Positions 14,085 to 25,960 of a DNA stretch of 64,000 nucleotides are shown here, piece after piece. Position numbers and translations under genes: made by a program. Numbering within the stretch: the stretch's first letter is position 1; each line of letters starts with the position of its first letter. The stretch is from Microbotryum violaceum (Eukaryota), in the NCBI GenBank assembly GCA_001244265.2, contig CDLV01000020.1:372001-436000 (forward strand), written 5' to 3'. The notes below the pieces were generated by a model that saw only the letters and a list, made by a program, of their open reading frames with translations, was not told the origin of the DNA and did no database searches.

Positions 14085-16862
14085 CTAGGAATTCGAACCC
14101 TCTTCCTCCCCGATGATTAATTCCCAACCTCTTTTCCCACTCCAACCTTCTTTACCCAATAAGAATCGATGATCGCATACCCAATTCGCAGTCGGTCGAT
14201 CTAGTGGATCGGTCTCGAGGCATCGTTTAACGAGGTCCACGGCGTCCGACATCAACGGTCGAGGTAAAAAAATCGAAAGAGTTTCTTCGACTTCACCATC
14301 CTTCATCGGGGGAGATACGATCCTCTTCCCATTCGTATCCTCGACCCTTCCATCAAACAAGTCAATCTTAGCCTGTAAAGCCAAATCTGCCCTCGAACCT
14401 TTTTCAAGTCCTTTCATCGCTTCCTCGGGACTCCAAAACGGGCATTCGCCACAGATTAATACGTACCCCAATACACCTAAAGCCCAAAGATCTTGCTCTT
14501 TACCACCGTACCTAGCACCTCTCAATACTTCAGGAGCGGCGAAATCCAGCGTGCCTGAAAACGTATCGAGCTTTTTCCCATCCTTGACGTAGGCAGCTGA
14601 ACCAAAGTCGATTAAATGGACGTGGCCTGTGGAGGAGAGGATTATGTTCTCGTCTTTGATGTCGCGGTGTACGATGTTGTGCGAGTGTAGAAAATCGAGA
14701 GCTGAACATAGTTGGGAGAGGATAGAGTGGATCGTTGAAGGTGGGAGACCGTTGGGGTGCAGGTCGACGTAATCGAATAGGTCATTAGAGGGTGGTGGTC
14801 CGGCTTGTGGCATGACCTATAGAAAGACGAGACGGAGCAAACGTCCAGCTAACGTGTCAAACCACGGAGATGACTAGAGGCGCCGTTCGGATTCGACACG
14901 ACTGACCAAGTAGTAAAATTCGCCATCCTCGAAAAAGTCCAACATGCCACAAATGTTCGGATGACCCGTCATGACCCCTTCCTTGAGGCTGATCGGGGCC
15001 GAATTCCTCCTCACTGGCTTCCCCACCGGTTTAACGAACCCACCATCCGCTTTCCTTCGACTCGGTTTTCGAGCGACGTACGGCACCCTTCGAAGGTGGT
15101 CCAAGACGTGTACTTCGACGGGTATCGGTCCGAGAATCTTGTGCTTCTTCCAACAATCGGCGAGGATGCGTTGCTTGATGATGTACTTGATGATCACCGT
15201 CGGACCTATCGGTTCCCCATCCGGACCTTTCTCCCTCGCTTTCTGCACAGTCCCATACGCCCCTCGACCGGCTTCAGATTCGATGACGAAGGAATCGATT
15301 GACCTCCGTCCCGTCACGGCCGAGTAAGACCGCGGGTCGATCGCTCCTAACGAGTGCGACGGGTCTAACGGTGCGAGCTCGGGTTGGTTCGCGCGAGTTG
15401 AATCATTCGTCGGTACGTCGAACAGGTCCGTTTCGTTACGATTAGGTGTCCATATTGAAGGTGTCCCCATCGGAGTTGAGAGAGAGCCCCTCGATAGGTT
15501 AGGTCGGGTGGTGGTGGAGATTGACGAATCGGATTGTTGCTGTGCTCGATGCCCGGGAACGAACTTGGAGCTTTGTTTCAGAGGTTCGGTTCGGGGTCTT
15601 CCCAGCAGCATCGAATCGTCTTCGTCTTCGTCAACGGGTCGTGTACGCAAATCCTCGATGCTGGTGTCCAGCCCCATTAGTCCACCTCGATCCCCATGCG
15701 AGGTCGAAACTGCACCCGAGTGGCTGAAGCCTGATCGAGAAGTTTGGTAACCGAACGACGACTTGACAGTTTCGGCAGGTGGTGTGACGGGTTGACTAGA
15801 GTCAAAGGCAAAGCTTTGCGTCGAAGCGCTAGACAACGGTGGTGTCAAGGGCCCAATACCTAAAGGCGATCGTGCCCTGTCGACCGGGGCAGATAAGCTA
15901 AAGGTTGTGACGTCAATTGAGGACGAGGTCGACGAGGTGGTCGAATTCGTCGACGTCGACGCCAACGATCCTCTTGAGAGGAGCAAGGACGGTCGATCGA
16001 GCGCCAACAATCTCGCTTCATCCTTGGCGCGAATATCGGCCAAAAGCGATAGTTGACCGCCCAATGAGCGCCATTCTTCAGTCGTCGGTGTCATGACCAT
16101 GGCCGAGTCCGAGTCCGAGTCGGGGTAGAAAGCGGCGTTCGAAGAAGGTAAGGAGCCAAGATGAAGATTCGAGACGGTGCCCCTTCTGGAGGCAGGGCGA
16201 CTCCTCGTTCGTCCACCGGCAAAGGGTTCGCCGTCGACGCCGGCCGCGAGCTCGGCCTCTTTTCCAACCAACCCTCCCGGCGCGCTGGACGACATGGCGA
16301 CTGTGAAACCTCTATTCATGCCAAAGAGCGAAGTCGTTCTCGGTGCAAGCGTATGGAACGGCCCTGAAGCCTGCCGGCGTTTCTGCTGGATGTACTGCGC
16401 CAGACTGGGTCCCTGTTGGGCGTCAACCGATGATGAGCGTGAATGGGGGAAACCGACGCCAGGTATGGCTATCCCGTCCATCGTCGATAGATTCGATGCG
16501 GTTGTGGTTGTTGTGGTCGGGATAAGATCTTGGCTCTTTCGTTTGCCCTTGAATTTGGACGAGATGATCAAGTCGCTGTCCGGATCGAGTGAACTGTCGT
16601 CGCTCGAGCCGGAACAGCTCTCATCCTCTTGCAAGGCGAACGCTTGGAGCTGTTGCCTCGTCGGACTGGAGCTGGTCGAAGCGTTACGGTTCTGCTGGGG
16701 TGAACTCTTGGTCGAGGTCGAGCGACGGTACAGTGGGGACGAAGGGGTGAAGCCGAACGAGGTGGCGAGGTTGGACGAAGAGCGGTTGTGGTGACGTTCC
16801 TGCATCGGTCGCGATGACTGTGGGAACGACGAGCTCGATGGGGAGGTAGGTGGAGCAGTCAT
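14085..16862 (-). CDS. Ser/Thr protein kinase, PAS-kinase (PSK/PASK)-like catalytic domain (exons 14907-16862, 14085-14816)
   Basis: GRGAYG, VIIKYIIKQRILADCWKKHKILGPIPVEVHVL (PASK-type segment), HRDIKDENI, DFG, GTLDFAAPEVL; one 90-nt GT-AG intron. Confidence 0.9.
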
Positions 16863-17653
16863 GTCGTTTTCCTCGGGGCCCCACTATTACCGCAAGATCC
16901 AAGCGGACGGCGTAATGCCAAGTGGGGGGGGGGGGGAGGGGACGATTTTCTGCTCTGGCCCGCTCGTTCGCCCCGCTCGTTCGACTGGCCGCTACGAGTT
17001 CCTGAGGAGGGGAAGGGACGCACGATATCAGCAGTGAGGCTCTGTTGCGAAAAGTGTTGCATTGTGACGGCTATGCGGTGGCAGCCAAGCGTATGTGCGC
17101 GTGTGTGCGCGTGTGTGTGTGGTGGGCGTGTGAGGGGGTGAGGGGGTGTGGGTGTGCGCGCGACGAGGAGCTGTGTGGCCCGACCGTCTCACTGTGGCAC
17201 ACACCAGTGGACCCAGCACACTGATCCACCCGAAATGAGAGAGTGAGCACGCGACTAACCTTTGTCAAATGAGCTGCGTGGGCGTGTGCAAGTCGTGCCA
17301 ACCTGGGTCCGAGTAGCGGACACGACGGAGAGAGAGACAACAAGTCCGATAGTAGAGTCCTCAAGATCGATCGGCTCGACCGGTAGAAAAAGCGGTGATT
17401 AGTATACGTTGGCGGAAATGTGGGTGCAGCAAGAGCTTACTATTAACGCCGCCGACACAAACTAGCGCGCCTGGGCTCACACCGCTCAAGCTCAAGCGGG
17501 ATTACTTTATCCTCCTCGGATCGACCGTTGCTCTCTCGAGCTTCATTCATCGAGAGAATACCTCTCCTCGAAAAACGAGTTGTGTCTCTTGAGACCTCCC
17601 AAAAAGATCCCCATTGCATGGATGCGAAACTGTTACTGCATCACTCTCTCTTT

Positions 17654-18613
17654 TTAACCCATCTTGACGTTCGAAAAATCCATCTCGGGGTGTTGCAACT
17701 TGAACTTTTCGAGCATCTGCGAGCGAATGGAATTTCGGAGAGAGATCAAGGTTCGGTTCTCTCTACTTTGGAGAAGACAGATGGCGTAATGGGGGGTTTA
17801 CCTCTTGTTTCTTCCTTTCGTCCGAAGTAGGTTTTCCCATTTGCTATTCGACGACAAAGATGATAAAGGGGGCCGGTTAACGATCTGAGCCAGGTTCTCC
17901 CTCTCCCCCCCTGTCCCGTACCTTTTGTTGATTATCAAACATCATCTTCTCAACCATACCCCTCGTTTCCCCATCCAAATCGCTCAATTTTGAATTCTCC
18001 GGCGTGATCTTGGTTGTATCAATCTTGGGAGCACAAGTGACCACATGGGGCCACCAAGTTTGTTGATTCACTTTTTCAAGACTTAGACTAACTTCCTTAT
18101 TGTCATCTGAATTTGATTCATCGGGCAGAGGGAAAAAGAGGATTAAGATCATCTTTTTTGAATGCCCCCCACCGCAATATCAACCCTAACTGACCTAATG
18201 TCCAAGTTGATTCATCTACTTTAATCTCGTGGGGGAATTCACCTTGGAGAATCATCTCTTTGCCTTTGAGGCCGAGTTTGATGGATCGCTTGTGAAGATC
18301 GACGAGTAAGTCACGCGATTTAGTACCGGAGGGTACGGGAATCGTTATCGTCAAGTCTTGCAGCGTTTGACGCCATCGATAGGGTAGAGCTATACGAGGA
18401 AGGTGGGGGTAGGAGAGCAGAAGAGCAGGAGAGCAGGAGAGCAGGAGAGGGGGGGTTAGTTGGGCCGAGGAGGGACGACGTCAAGTCCATGTCCATGAAT
18501 GGAGTGAGTGAGGGGGAACTCGTACCATCTTGTTCGGCTTTTTCTTTGAGCGCATTCTCGGCGTCCAGTTGCTTTTGTTCGGCTTCGGATAAGTCGGGGC
18601 GTTCGGAGGACAT
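17654..18613 (-). CDS. nudC: Nuclear movement protein NudC (CS/p23 domain), 5 exons
   Basis: [87 protein letters not shown]. Confidence 0.95.
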
Positions 18614-18880
18614 GGCTGCGAAGGGAGAGGGAAGGAGGGAGGGTTGCAGAGAGGTGGTGGTGGGAGTAGGTACACCTCGTTCGAGCCGGAAAGGGGATTG
18701 AGTCTAGTGAGGTAGAGCGGTCAAAGAGTCGAACTGAGTGGGAGGACGAGGGAAGGACCGCAAGGCAACGTGTCAAGAGTCGAGTGGGGAAGGACCGCAC
18801 GAGCGCGTCCTGCGTCCAACCAATACTCATTCAATATTTAGCATCATTACTAACAATCCAGATCGAGCTAATCTATTTTC

Positions 18881-18910
18881 CCCACTTGAGCCCACTTGAG
18901 CCCACTTGAG
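18881..18910. repeat. Perfect tandem repeat (CCCACTTGAG)x3, intergenic
   Basis: Read directly from the sequence. Confidence 0.9.
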
Positions 18911-19049
18911 AGAAACTTGACTTGACACTTGCGGATTGCGAATTACATTTTGACCCATCAAACACGACCACTGACTGCAATTCAAACACTATCAACCTCC
19001 TCTTTTCGAGAACTTTGACTCGATTTCATACCAAACGGTTCAAGATCCC

Positions 19050-21049
19050 TTACCATCCCTGACCGACGCTCTCACTCCCATCGGGCACGTTCCATCCCCC
19101 GTTCGACCGTCTGGGCGGAGCCTTCACCACGGGTTGAGCACCCCATCCTTCAGCGTTCGGAGCAGGTCGAACGGGAGCTTTAGGAGCAGGGGCATGCAGA
19201 CCTGGAATGCGGTGCGTTGGTTGAGTAGGTGAAGGCGTGGGCGTCGCTTTACCCCTTCCTCGACCGTTGTTGCCTGTACCGTGACCTTGACCGTTCCTGA
19301 CGTGGTCATTCGCCATTTGTCCCTGACCCACACCAACTCCACTTCTCGATCCACCGGGCATCCTAACCACATCATCCTTATTCATCATAGATTCGAAAAC
19401 CTTCCACGTATAATACGCGTCGTTCCCAGCATTATGTAAACTCTCACCTGGCTCCAAACCTACCCTCTTGACCGCATCCCCTAGCGAAATCAATTTAGGT
19501 TCTTGACCCACTTGTTGTACGTTCGGTTGTGAATTAGCTTTGGACCAACCGCGGTATAAAGCTTGCGTGTCGAGGATGAACGTTCCTGGTGTTGACGAGA
19601 GGCGAGGACGTAGTAGAGGTTCGAGCGTCTTGTGGAAGAGTAGCACATCGACGTCCAATGCCGCGAGTGCATCGAGGTCCGCACTTGGGGCGTGGAGGAT
19701 CAAGAGGATCGGGTACGCAGGGGCCGGAAAAGGAAGTAAGAGGCGTTGTAGGATGATTGAAATGCTTCTTTCCGGTAGCGTTTGAGAGTCGCCAAAGGAA
19801 AAGTACTGTGCGAACAGCACGAGGGTGTGAATCAGTTAACTGGGCTTCTTGTGGGGCGAGAGATGGGCCACGGTTTACATCGCGTCGATCCTTGACCCAT
19901 CGTCCGTTGCGTCGTTTCTGGTTCTCCTCAATGACTGTTGAAAGTGTGGGGTCAGTGAATTGCGTTTTGCTGATGAGATCCCCTTCAGGCGAATTGGGAC
20001 GAACTGTAGTGCCTCGAATCGCGTCGGCCGGATTGAGCTTCGACGAGAGTCACGCCGACCTCGGTGATGACGTCGTGATTGTGTTCCCACGTTTCTGATT
20101 GGAATAGTGCATGCTAAATCAGCCTTTTCAAAATTCGAGATGAACCCATTCCCCCCACTGAGACGTAAGACATACCCACGTCCAAAGCAACGACGCGGGC
20201 CTTGTGCTTCTTGGCGATCGCCCAAGCGTCCTTCATCTTACTGAACCCATCCAAAGCTTTATTAGACCCTACCCGATCCAACTGCTTCTTGATCGACTTG
20301 AGCGCACGATCCAATGCGGCCTGACTCGTAAAAACGGCTTGACCGAAACCACCACTCGCTGCCAAGCGTAAAGTCGTTTCTAGCTGACCTTCTTCCGGAG
20401 TCGAATTAGAACCAGTCGTCGATGAGCAAGTGGTGTTGGACGTTGAAAAAGGTACCAAGGTTAAGGTGTCGGCTTGGTAAACCGCTTCGGAGCCTTTATC
20501 CTCCCAATTGTCCCCTTCGATCTCCCTCGCTTCGGGGAAGTAACACCTCCTTCGATCAAGGCCCTTCGTAGACCTAAGCGGATTAGATTCGTTTGCTCAA
20601 CGTTGAACCAGAGTTCACCTACGCCGTTCGGACCATCGCGTGAAGCGACGATCACGGCTAGACCGGTTGGAGTTGCGAGGAGGCGGAGAAGACCTCCTGG
20701 AGTGCACGTCGAGGCGAGGAAGGAGTGCACGCTTGGATACTCTTTCGTTAACGAGGTCGAACGATACTTGGTCAGGACTGTTTGTACGGGAGAGGGAGAG
20801 TAGGGAGAGTAGGGAGAGTAGGGGTTGATGATTAGTTTTCGGAGCTCGTGCGGCGCGCGGTGTTTCTTTTGACATTGCCAAGTCGCTCCAGGAGGCAAGG
20901 GCATGTGGGGAAGCAGTCACTCGACACGGCCACTGGTCAGCTGGGAAAGGGACGAGGGGGGGGGACTTGCAGAATGTAACGGGCACATAAGGGCCTTTGT
21001 TCATCGGAGGACAGTCCGTGTCCTCGTCGTCGTACATCGACCTCGACAT
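19050..21049 (-). CDS. Gfd2/YDR514C-like protein (DEDDh/RNase H-like fold), multi-exon
   Basis: RVVALDV..., TEVG, LRNGRWVKDRRD..FSFGDSQ, ILDTQALY, LHNAGNDAYYT motifs spread over spliced ORFs. Confidence 0.8.
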
Positions 21050-21899
21050 GTTGGCGGTGGTGATTGACGTAGAGTGTGATGTGGAGTGAGCGAGAGTGGC
21101 ATATTGGCATCAGGACAACGTGCGCGCCGACGGCCGAACGCGCAAAACGACTTCAAGCGCTTCAAAGGGGAAGCGCTAGTCAAAAACCACCCGCGAAAAC
21201 CTCGAGGGTACACCCGAGAGGCCTAGGGTCCGTGCCCGATCAGCCGTTGCGATCGATTTGGGGAGCTCTTCAAGAAAGGAGTAAGCTGTTTTTTAAGGCT
21301 GAATTCGATCAGCTCAACCTTTCATGAGCTCGTCTGCGCGAGGCTGGAACAATCGCATTCGGCGCATCGAGAAAATTATTCAGGGCCCCAAGAATGGAGA
21401 AACTGACCCCCCCCCCCCCCCCGCGCTCACTTCCGAAAGAAATTGTTGGTCAAGAAAATGTCAGCGGAAGACGAAGGTGGTGTTCCTCTCTTTGCAAAAT
21501 TTAGAGCGATTTCTTTCCCCGCTCAGATAGCAGCCCGTTCGGAACGCTTCTTCACTCTCCAATAGGGATGATCCCTATTGCCGCCTCAGACGACGATCGT
21601 GCTCCGCTAATGCAGTCCGAATATCTGACCACTGGTGAGGAATTATTGACAGGCAGAAGAATGACGCTACACCTGCCCAAAGCGCTGGCTTGTTTTGAGA
21701 AGTAAGGGTCTTCATATACTGACTCGCTCGTCTCAGCGCGAATCCAGAGAGAGCTCGGTGAAAGGCACGCTGTCTCGGACAACGGAGTCTCACTGGTGAC
21801 CGAAGATGACAGGTACAAGTTATATATGGATTACAACTAGCTTCTGGTGCTAGCTCGATGAAGAGAGAGCTGAAGAAGCTAGGCGCGCGCAATCTCGAT

Positions 21900-24675
21900 T
21901 TCTAATGCCTGTTGGCCCGTCGTAAGGCTTCTTGCCATACACTTGGGGACGGTCGATCACAGTCGCCCGAACCGCACTATTGAGCTTGAGGGGCTACACC
22001 GACGACTATGTGGGCTACGTGAACTTCACGGAGCCGTTTCCGGTGATCCGCTTGCGGAAGCGGAGCCCGTATGAATTCTCCACAGTCGGACAGGATTTAA
22101 ACCGCCGGTCGTTTGCTGACTCTTCTGCGAAAAGATGAGATCCGGATGGCTCGTCGAATGGCTTTGGTGTATTTTGGGTGCTGAGGAACATATACGCTCG
22201 AGCTCACTCTCGCTCGCGCTTGAAGTATCCAATGCTGCATTGTCCAAAACGAAAACGCAATATCTCCATTCAAAAAGTCTAGGGTGCACTACCTGATGTT
22301 CCGTTTCGAGGTATTGGAGGCCACAGAATGAAGCGCGTGTCTAAAGAGCTTGCCACCCTGGCGAATAGGTGATTTTGCGAGTTAGAATTCAGTAAATCAA
22401 ATCTTTGCCACAAATAGATAACATGTACTTACTAGTGCTGGCGGAAGCCGGCACGAGGGCCGGCGGTGACACGACTCGTCTCGCGAAGTGCACGAACTCG
22501 CTTCTGTGATATTTGCACGTCTCAGGTAAGCACTTGCCGCTAGCTACGCCTTTCCTCAAAAAACACAGCTATAGAACTAGGTACTCACCGCAACAAGCTG
22601 ACAAATATCTGCATTGGTTTTGTCAATCTTGTCCAGCAATCTGGAGTCGGTGTCCTTGTCCGCGAAGTTCAAAAAGGCACGGCCCGTTGGCTGGTGCCAA
22701 TTGATGCTGTTCCTCAAAGCCGGGGTACGGCTCAAGGACTCTTTTTGGAGGGGCTCGACGTAATTGTTCCAGATGTAGCTGCAGGTGATAAACGTAATCT
22801 GCGTCAGCAAGTTATTCCGATTCGGTTCACCAGGCCACGTACGCTCGCCAATCAAACGTTCCGTCCATGCGGTCTTCAAGATATCTTCGCGCAATCTCGT
22901 CTGCAACGCCTTTGAGAAATTCTTCGTACGCTCTACAAGCCTTGTACTTGGCTTCACGATGCTCCGCGTTGCGGGTCCTGATAAAGGTGACCTAGAAAAC
23001 AAGTGAGGTTTCTTCAAATCAGCGCTTAGCACAGGAGACCGCCGTAGCAGTGAATTACTTACTCCGAGGCACCAGAACATAATATGTTCGTCACAGAAAG
23101 TCAGTGAGTTGTCGAGAAAGGCGGTCATTACAGAGATTGGATCGCGTTGCTCTTTAATTTGGTCGCTAATCTTGTTCAACTGAACCGGAACAACGGGTTT
23201 TAGTCGAATCAACTGTAGAGGTTCTACTGTCTTGCCTCGACTTACATGCTCGATGTAGTCCGACCTTGCATCGGCCATGGCGAGAGTGAGCGCGCTCCTA
23301 GTGTTTCGACGATATAGGGCCGACGTTTCCTCGAGTTTGGATTTGATCAGTCCATCCTCTCGGAGAACCTTCGCAACCGCATCCTGAGCCTCCTTGTAGA
23401 AACTGCACAGCCTTGGGAGAGCGACAATCGCTTTAACGTATGGACGAAAAGAACGCTGCGAATCGTGAAGGTCAGCAATCAACACATAAGTCTCCACTTG
23501 GGAATAGCACACATGCCGACCCACCTGCATTTTGTTCAGATCCATTTGTAGTTCCACGGAAGGATCTAGCCCGGGTTGATTAAGGGGGTGGGTCAAACGA
23601 GGGGTCAAACGAGCAAGCACAATTTGAAGTCCTCTCCAAAGATCGCGGTTCTTGCGATCATCTGCCTTTCTCAATTTCTAGGGATGATTCAATTGTGGTC
23701 AGTCAGCTATAGTTAAGTTCACTCGAGTCCTATTTTCGGCTCACTTCGAGTCGGATCATGTCCGGATCCGTGCACAGCCCACGATTAACCAGGCCCAGGC
23801 TGATGGCTTCCCCTCCGTCCTCGTCGCTGTCTTGGAATCCATGGTCGTCAAAGATGATGTCGTCATCAAGTGGTTTGTGCGTGAGGCTGTTTCGATGCCC
23901 AGTTTTGATAGCCTCCTTGAAGACATTCGAGACTGGAGGGGCCGTATTAGCTTGGGCACGACGAACCTTTTTTGACAAAAGGCGGAGTGCAGGAACCTTA
24001 CCATCGGAAAGCGGTGCCGAATCTGCCATTGCGTTCTGGCAGATTTCATCCTCCTCCTCCAAATCATCAAAGCTGTGGCAGTCGTTGGATTCGAGGTCAT
24101 CGGTGAAGATTAGGTCAACACGTTCTCCAGATTCGACGTCATCGTGCAAGTCATCGCCTACGGAGAGGCAAGCAGTCATCGCATGTCTGCTGGCTCGTCC
24201 ACGTCCACGTCTCGGTCAAAGTCGAACGACTGATCCAAGACCACGGTTTCAGAGATGTACAGTGAACAATAACCGACTCAGCCCCGACTACGAGTAAATG
24301 CGACTCCGTAGGAAGCTTACCCACCTGATCCGCCTGGCTGGCAGCCTCGGCCTCCTATATCGAGTCCGGGAACGCCTCCCGCACCGTTCCCCGCACATCA
24401 TCGATTGCTTGGGAGCCGGGTGTATCGCCGAGAACTTCGTTTGCATCGACCATGTCCAACCTTCGTCGCCGTAGGGCTTGCCTCCGATGTCGGTCCGTCT
24501 TGAAGTGCCGAAGCGCCTCTGCGGGTGAGTGTCGTTTGCCAACGGCCTCGGGACAGATACAGCACGCAAACCCTTCGATATGTCTCTGTTTGGTGAACAC
24601 CACCTGCGCCTCTGGAGTTGGAAGATGGAACCCCCCAAGTGTTGCGGTCAGGGATGAGCTCATCAATCGACTCAC
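21900..24675 (-). pseudogene. Orphan multi-exon gene with N-terminal C2H2/U1-like zinc finger and acidic tract, disrupted; limits approximate
   Basis: FACCICPEAVGKRHSPAEALRHFKTDRH; in-frame TAG at 24355-24357 just before a GT donor; Asp/Glu-rich exon 23730-24179; long ORF 22577-23674 with plausible GT-AG introns. No family recognised. Confidence 0.45.
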
Positions 24676-25187
24676 AGACCGAGTGAACTGACCCCCACGA
24701 GTGACTTATTCATCCACATCATTCAGCACAGGCTTGCAACGCATTTAAGCCACACGTAAGACTGGTGTTGAGGTTGAATGTGAGTATCTTTTTTGAGTGA
24801 ATGGCTAAAAAGCAACCATGGCGTCTGTTTCGGCGGTGAGCTGGTAGAGTTGCGCGGTCTCTCCTTTTCCGTGTCACGTGTCGTCGCCGCGAAGTCGAAG
24901 GCCGTCGAAGGCTCCAAGGCACTTCCCCATATCGGAGGCATGAGAAACACAACAGACGGCGGATACATTCTTCGGAGGTCTTGCAAAACCCTTTCATCCT
25001 TGCTGACATGTTGATGTTGTCATGTTGTGTAACCCATAAGAATTCCAGCAGGGAAATACTGAGATTTGCAGATGGTTATTAACGAAGACCTAAGGTTGCG
25101 CGTGTAGAAGGGCTCGACGAGGTACACGCGCCTAACCTGATGATCGAAGGCAAATTATTTATTAGGAGCGTCAGTTGTTAAATTCAG

Positions 25188-25702
25188 TCTCCGAGATGTC
25201 AGGCAAAAAACGACTTCTTTTCCCGAGCTTCGACGAGTTGGAGATCCTGAAAGATCTCGGAGAGAGTGCCAAGAGAACTCCGAAGGGGTCCCATCTCCGA
25301 GTATACGAGGCCCGGCCATCGGGCGACTTTGCGATTATATTCATTACATTACGACCCTCTTTCCGCGCAGTCTCAACCAGGAGAAAAAACGGAGCTCCAG
25401 GTTGCGCATCTCGGAGATAAGGGACGAGTTGGACGAGTCGTGGAAGTAAACGGATTGCATGTACACGCGAATGAAAGTTTGGAAGCCGAGTGTATGCGCC
25501 GCGCGTGCACTGGTAGCCACGTCGTCAGCGGCGTGTGGAGCCGCAATGGCGGCGCGCATGGGACACAAATGAAACTCCGAGTAAGCAGATTAGGGGGAAC
25601 CGGGCTCGCTTCCGGAGATTGGTGTTCCATCTGGTTCCGAAGCCCTAGAAAGGGCCACGCAAGCTGCTTGACATGACTTCCGTCGGAGCCGCCCTTATAA
25701 AA
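25188..25702 (+). promoter_or_regulatory. MFS gene upstream region: clustered TCTCCGAGAT motifs and a TATA box (TATAAAA 25696-25702)
   Basis: Exact 10-mer at 25188(+), 25254(-) and 25408(-), near match at 25294; TATA followed by a pyrimidine-rich leader. Confidence 0.5.
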
Positions 25703-25960
25703 GCGATTCAGAGATCGATTTCGACTCCTTCGGCTGATTGGACCGGATTCGACGAGCTTCTACCATCTGAGGTGAAGGCGGCGGCTCCCTCTCTTCCCTT
25801 TAATTCCGCTCTTCTTCTTTGCCAGCCCATCCTTTCCACCTTTGGCGTCTCCTCGTATCTTTTCTTCGAGTCGTGTACACACCTTTTCCCTTCCACGCCC
25901 CCCGTTCTCCGCCAAGCGCCGCGCGCCGTAACGTGAGTTTCGACCCCAGCAACCCCAAGA

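Noticed and set aside
17091-17162. TG/GT-rich microsatellite upstream of the kinase
   Set aside because: Imperfect simple repeat of a kind common in leaders; no evidence of function.
20791-20822. Apparent PYSPYSPYSP (CTD-like) peptide repeat
   Set aside because: It lies between a branch site and an acceptor, so it is the polypyrimidine tract of an intron and not coding.
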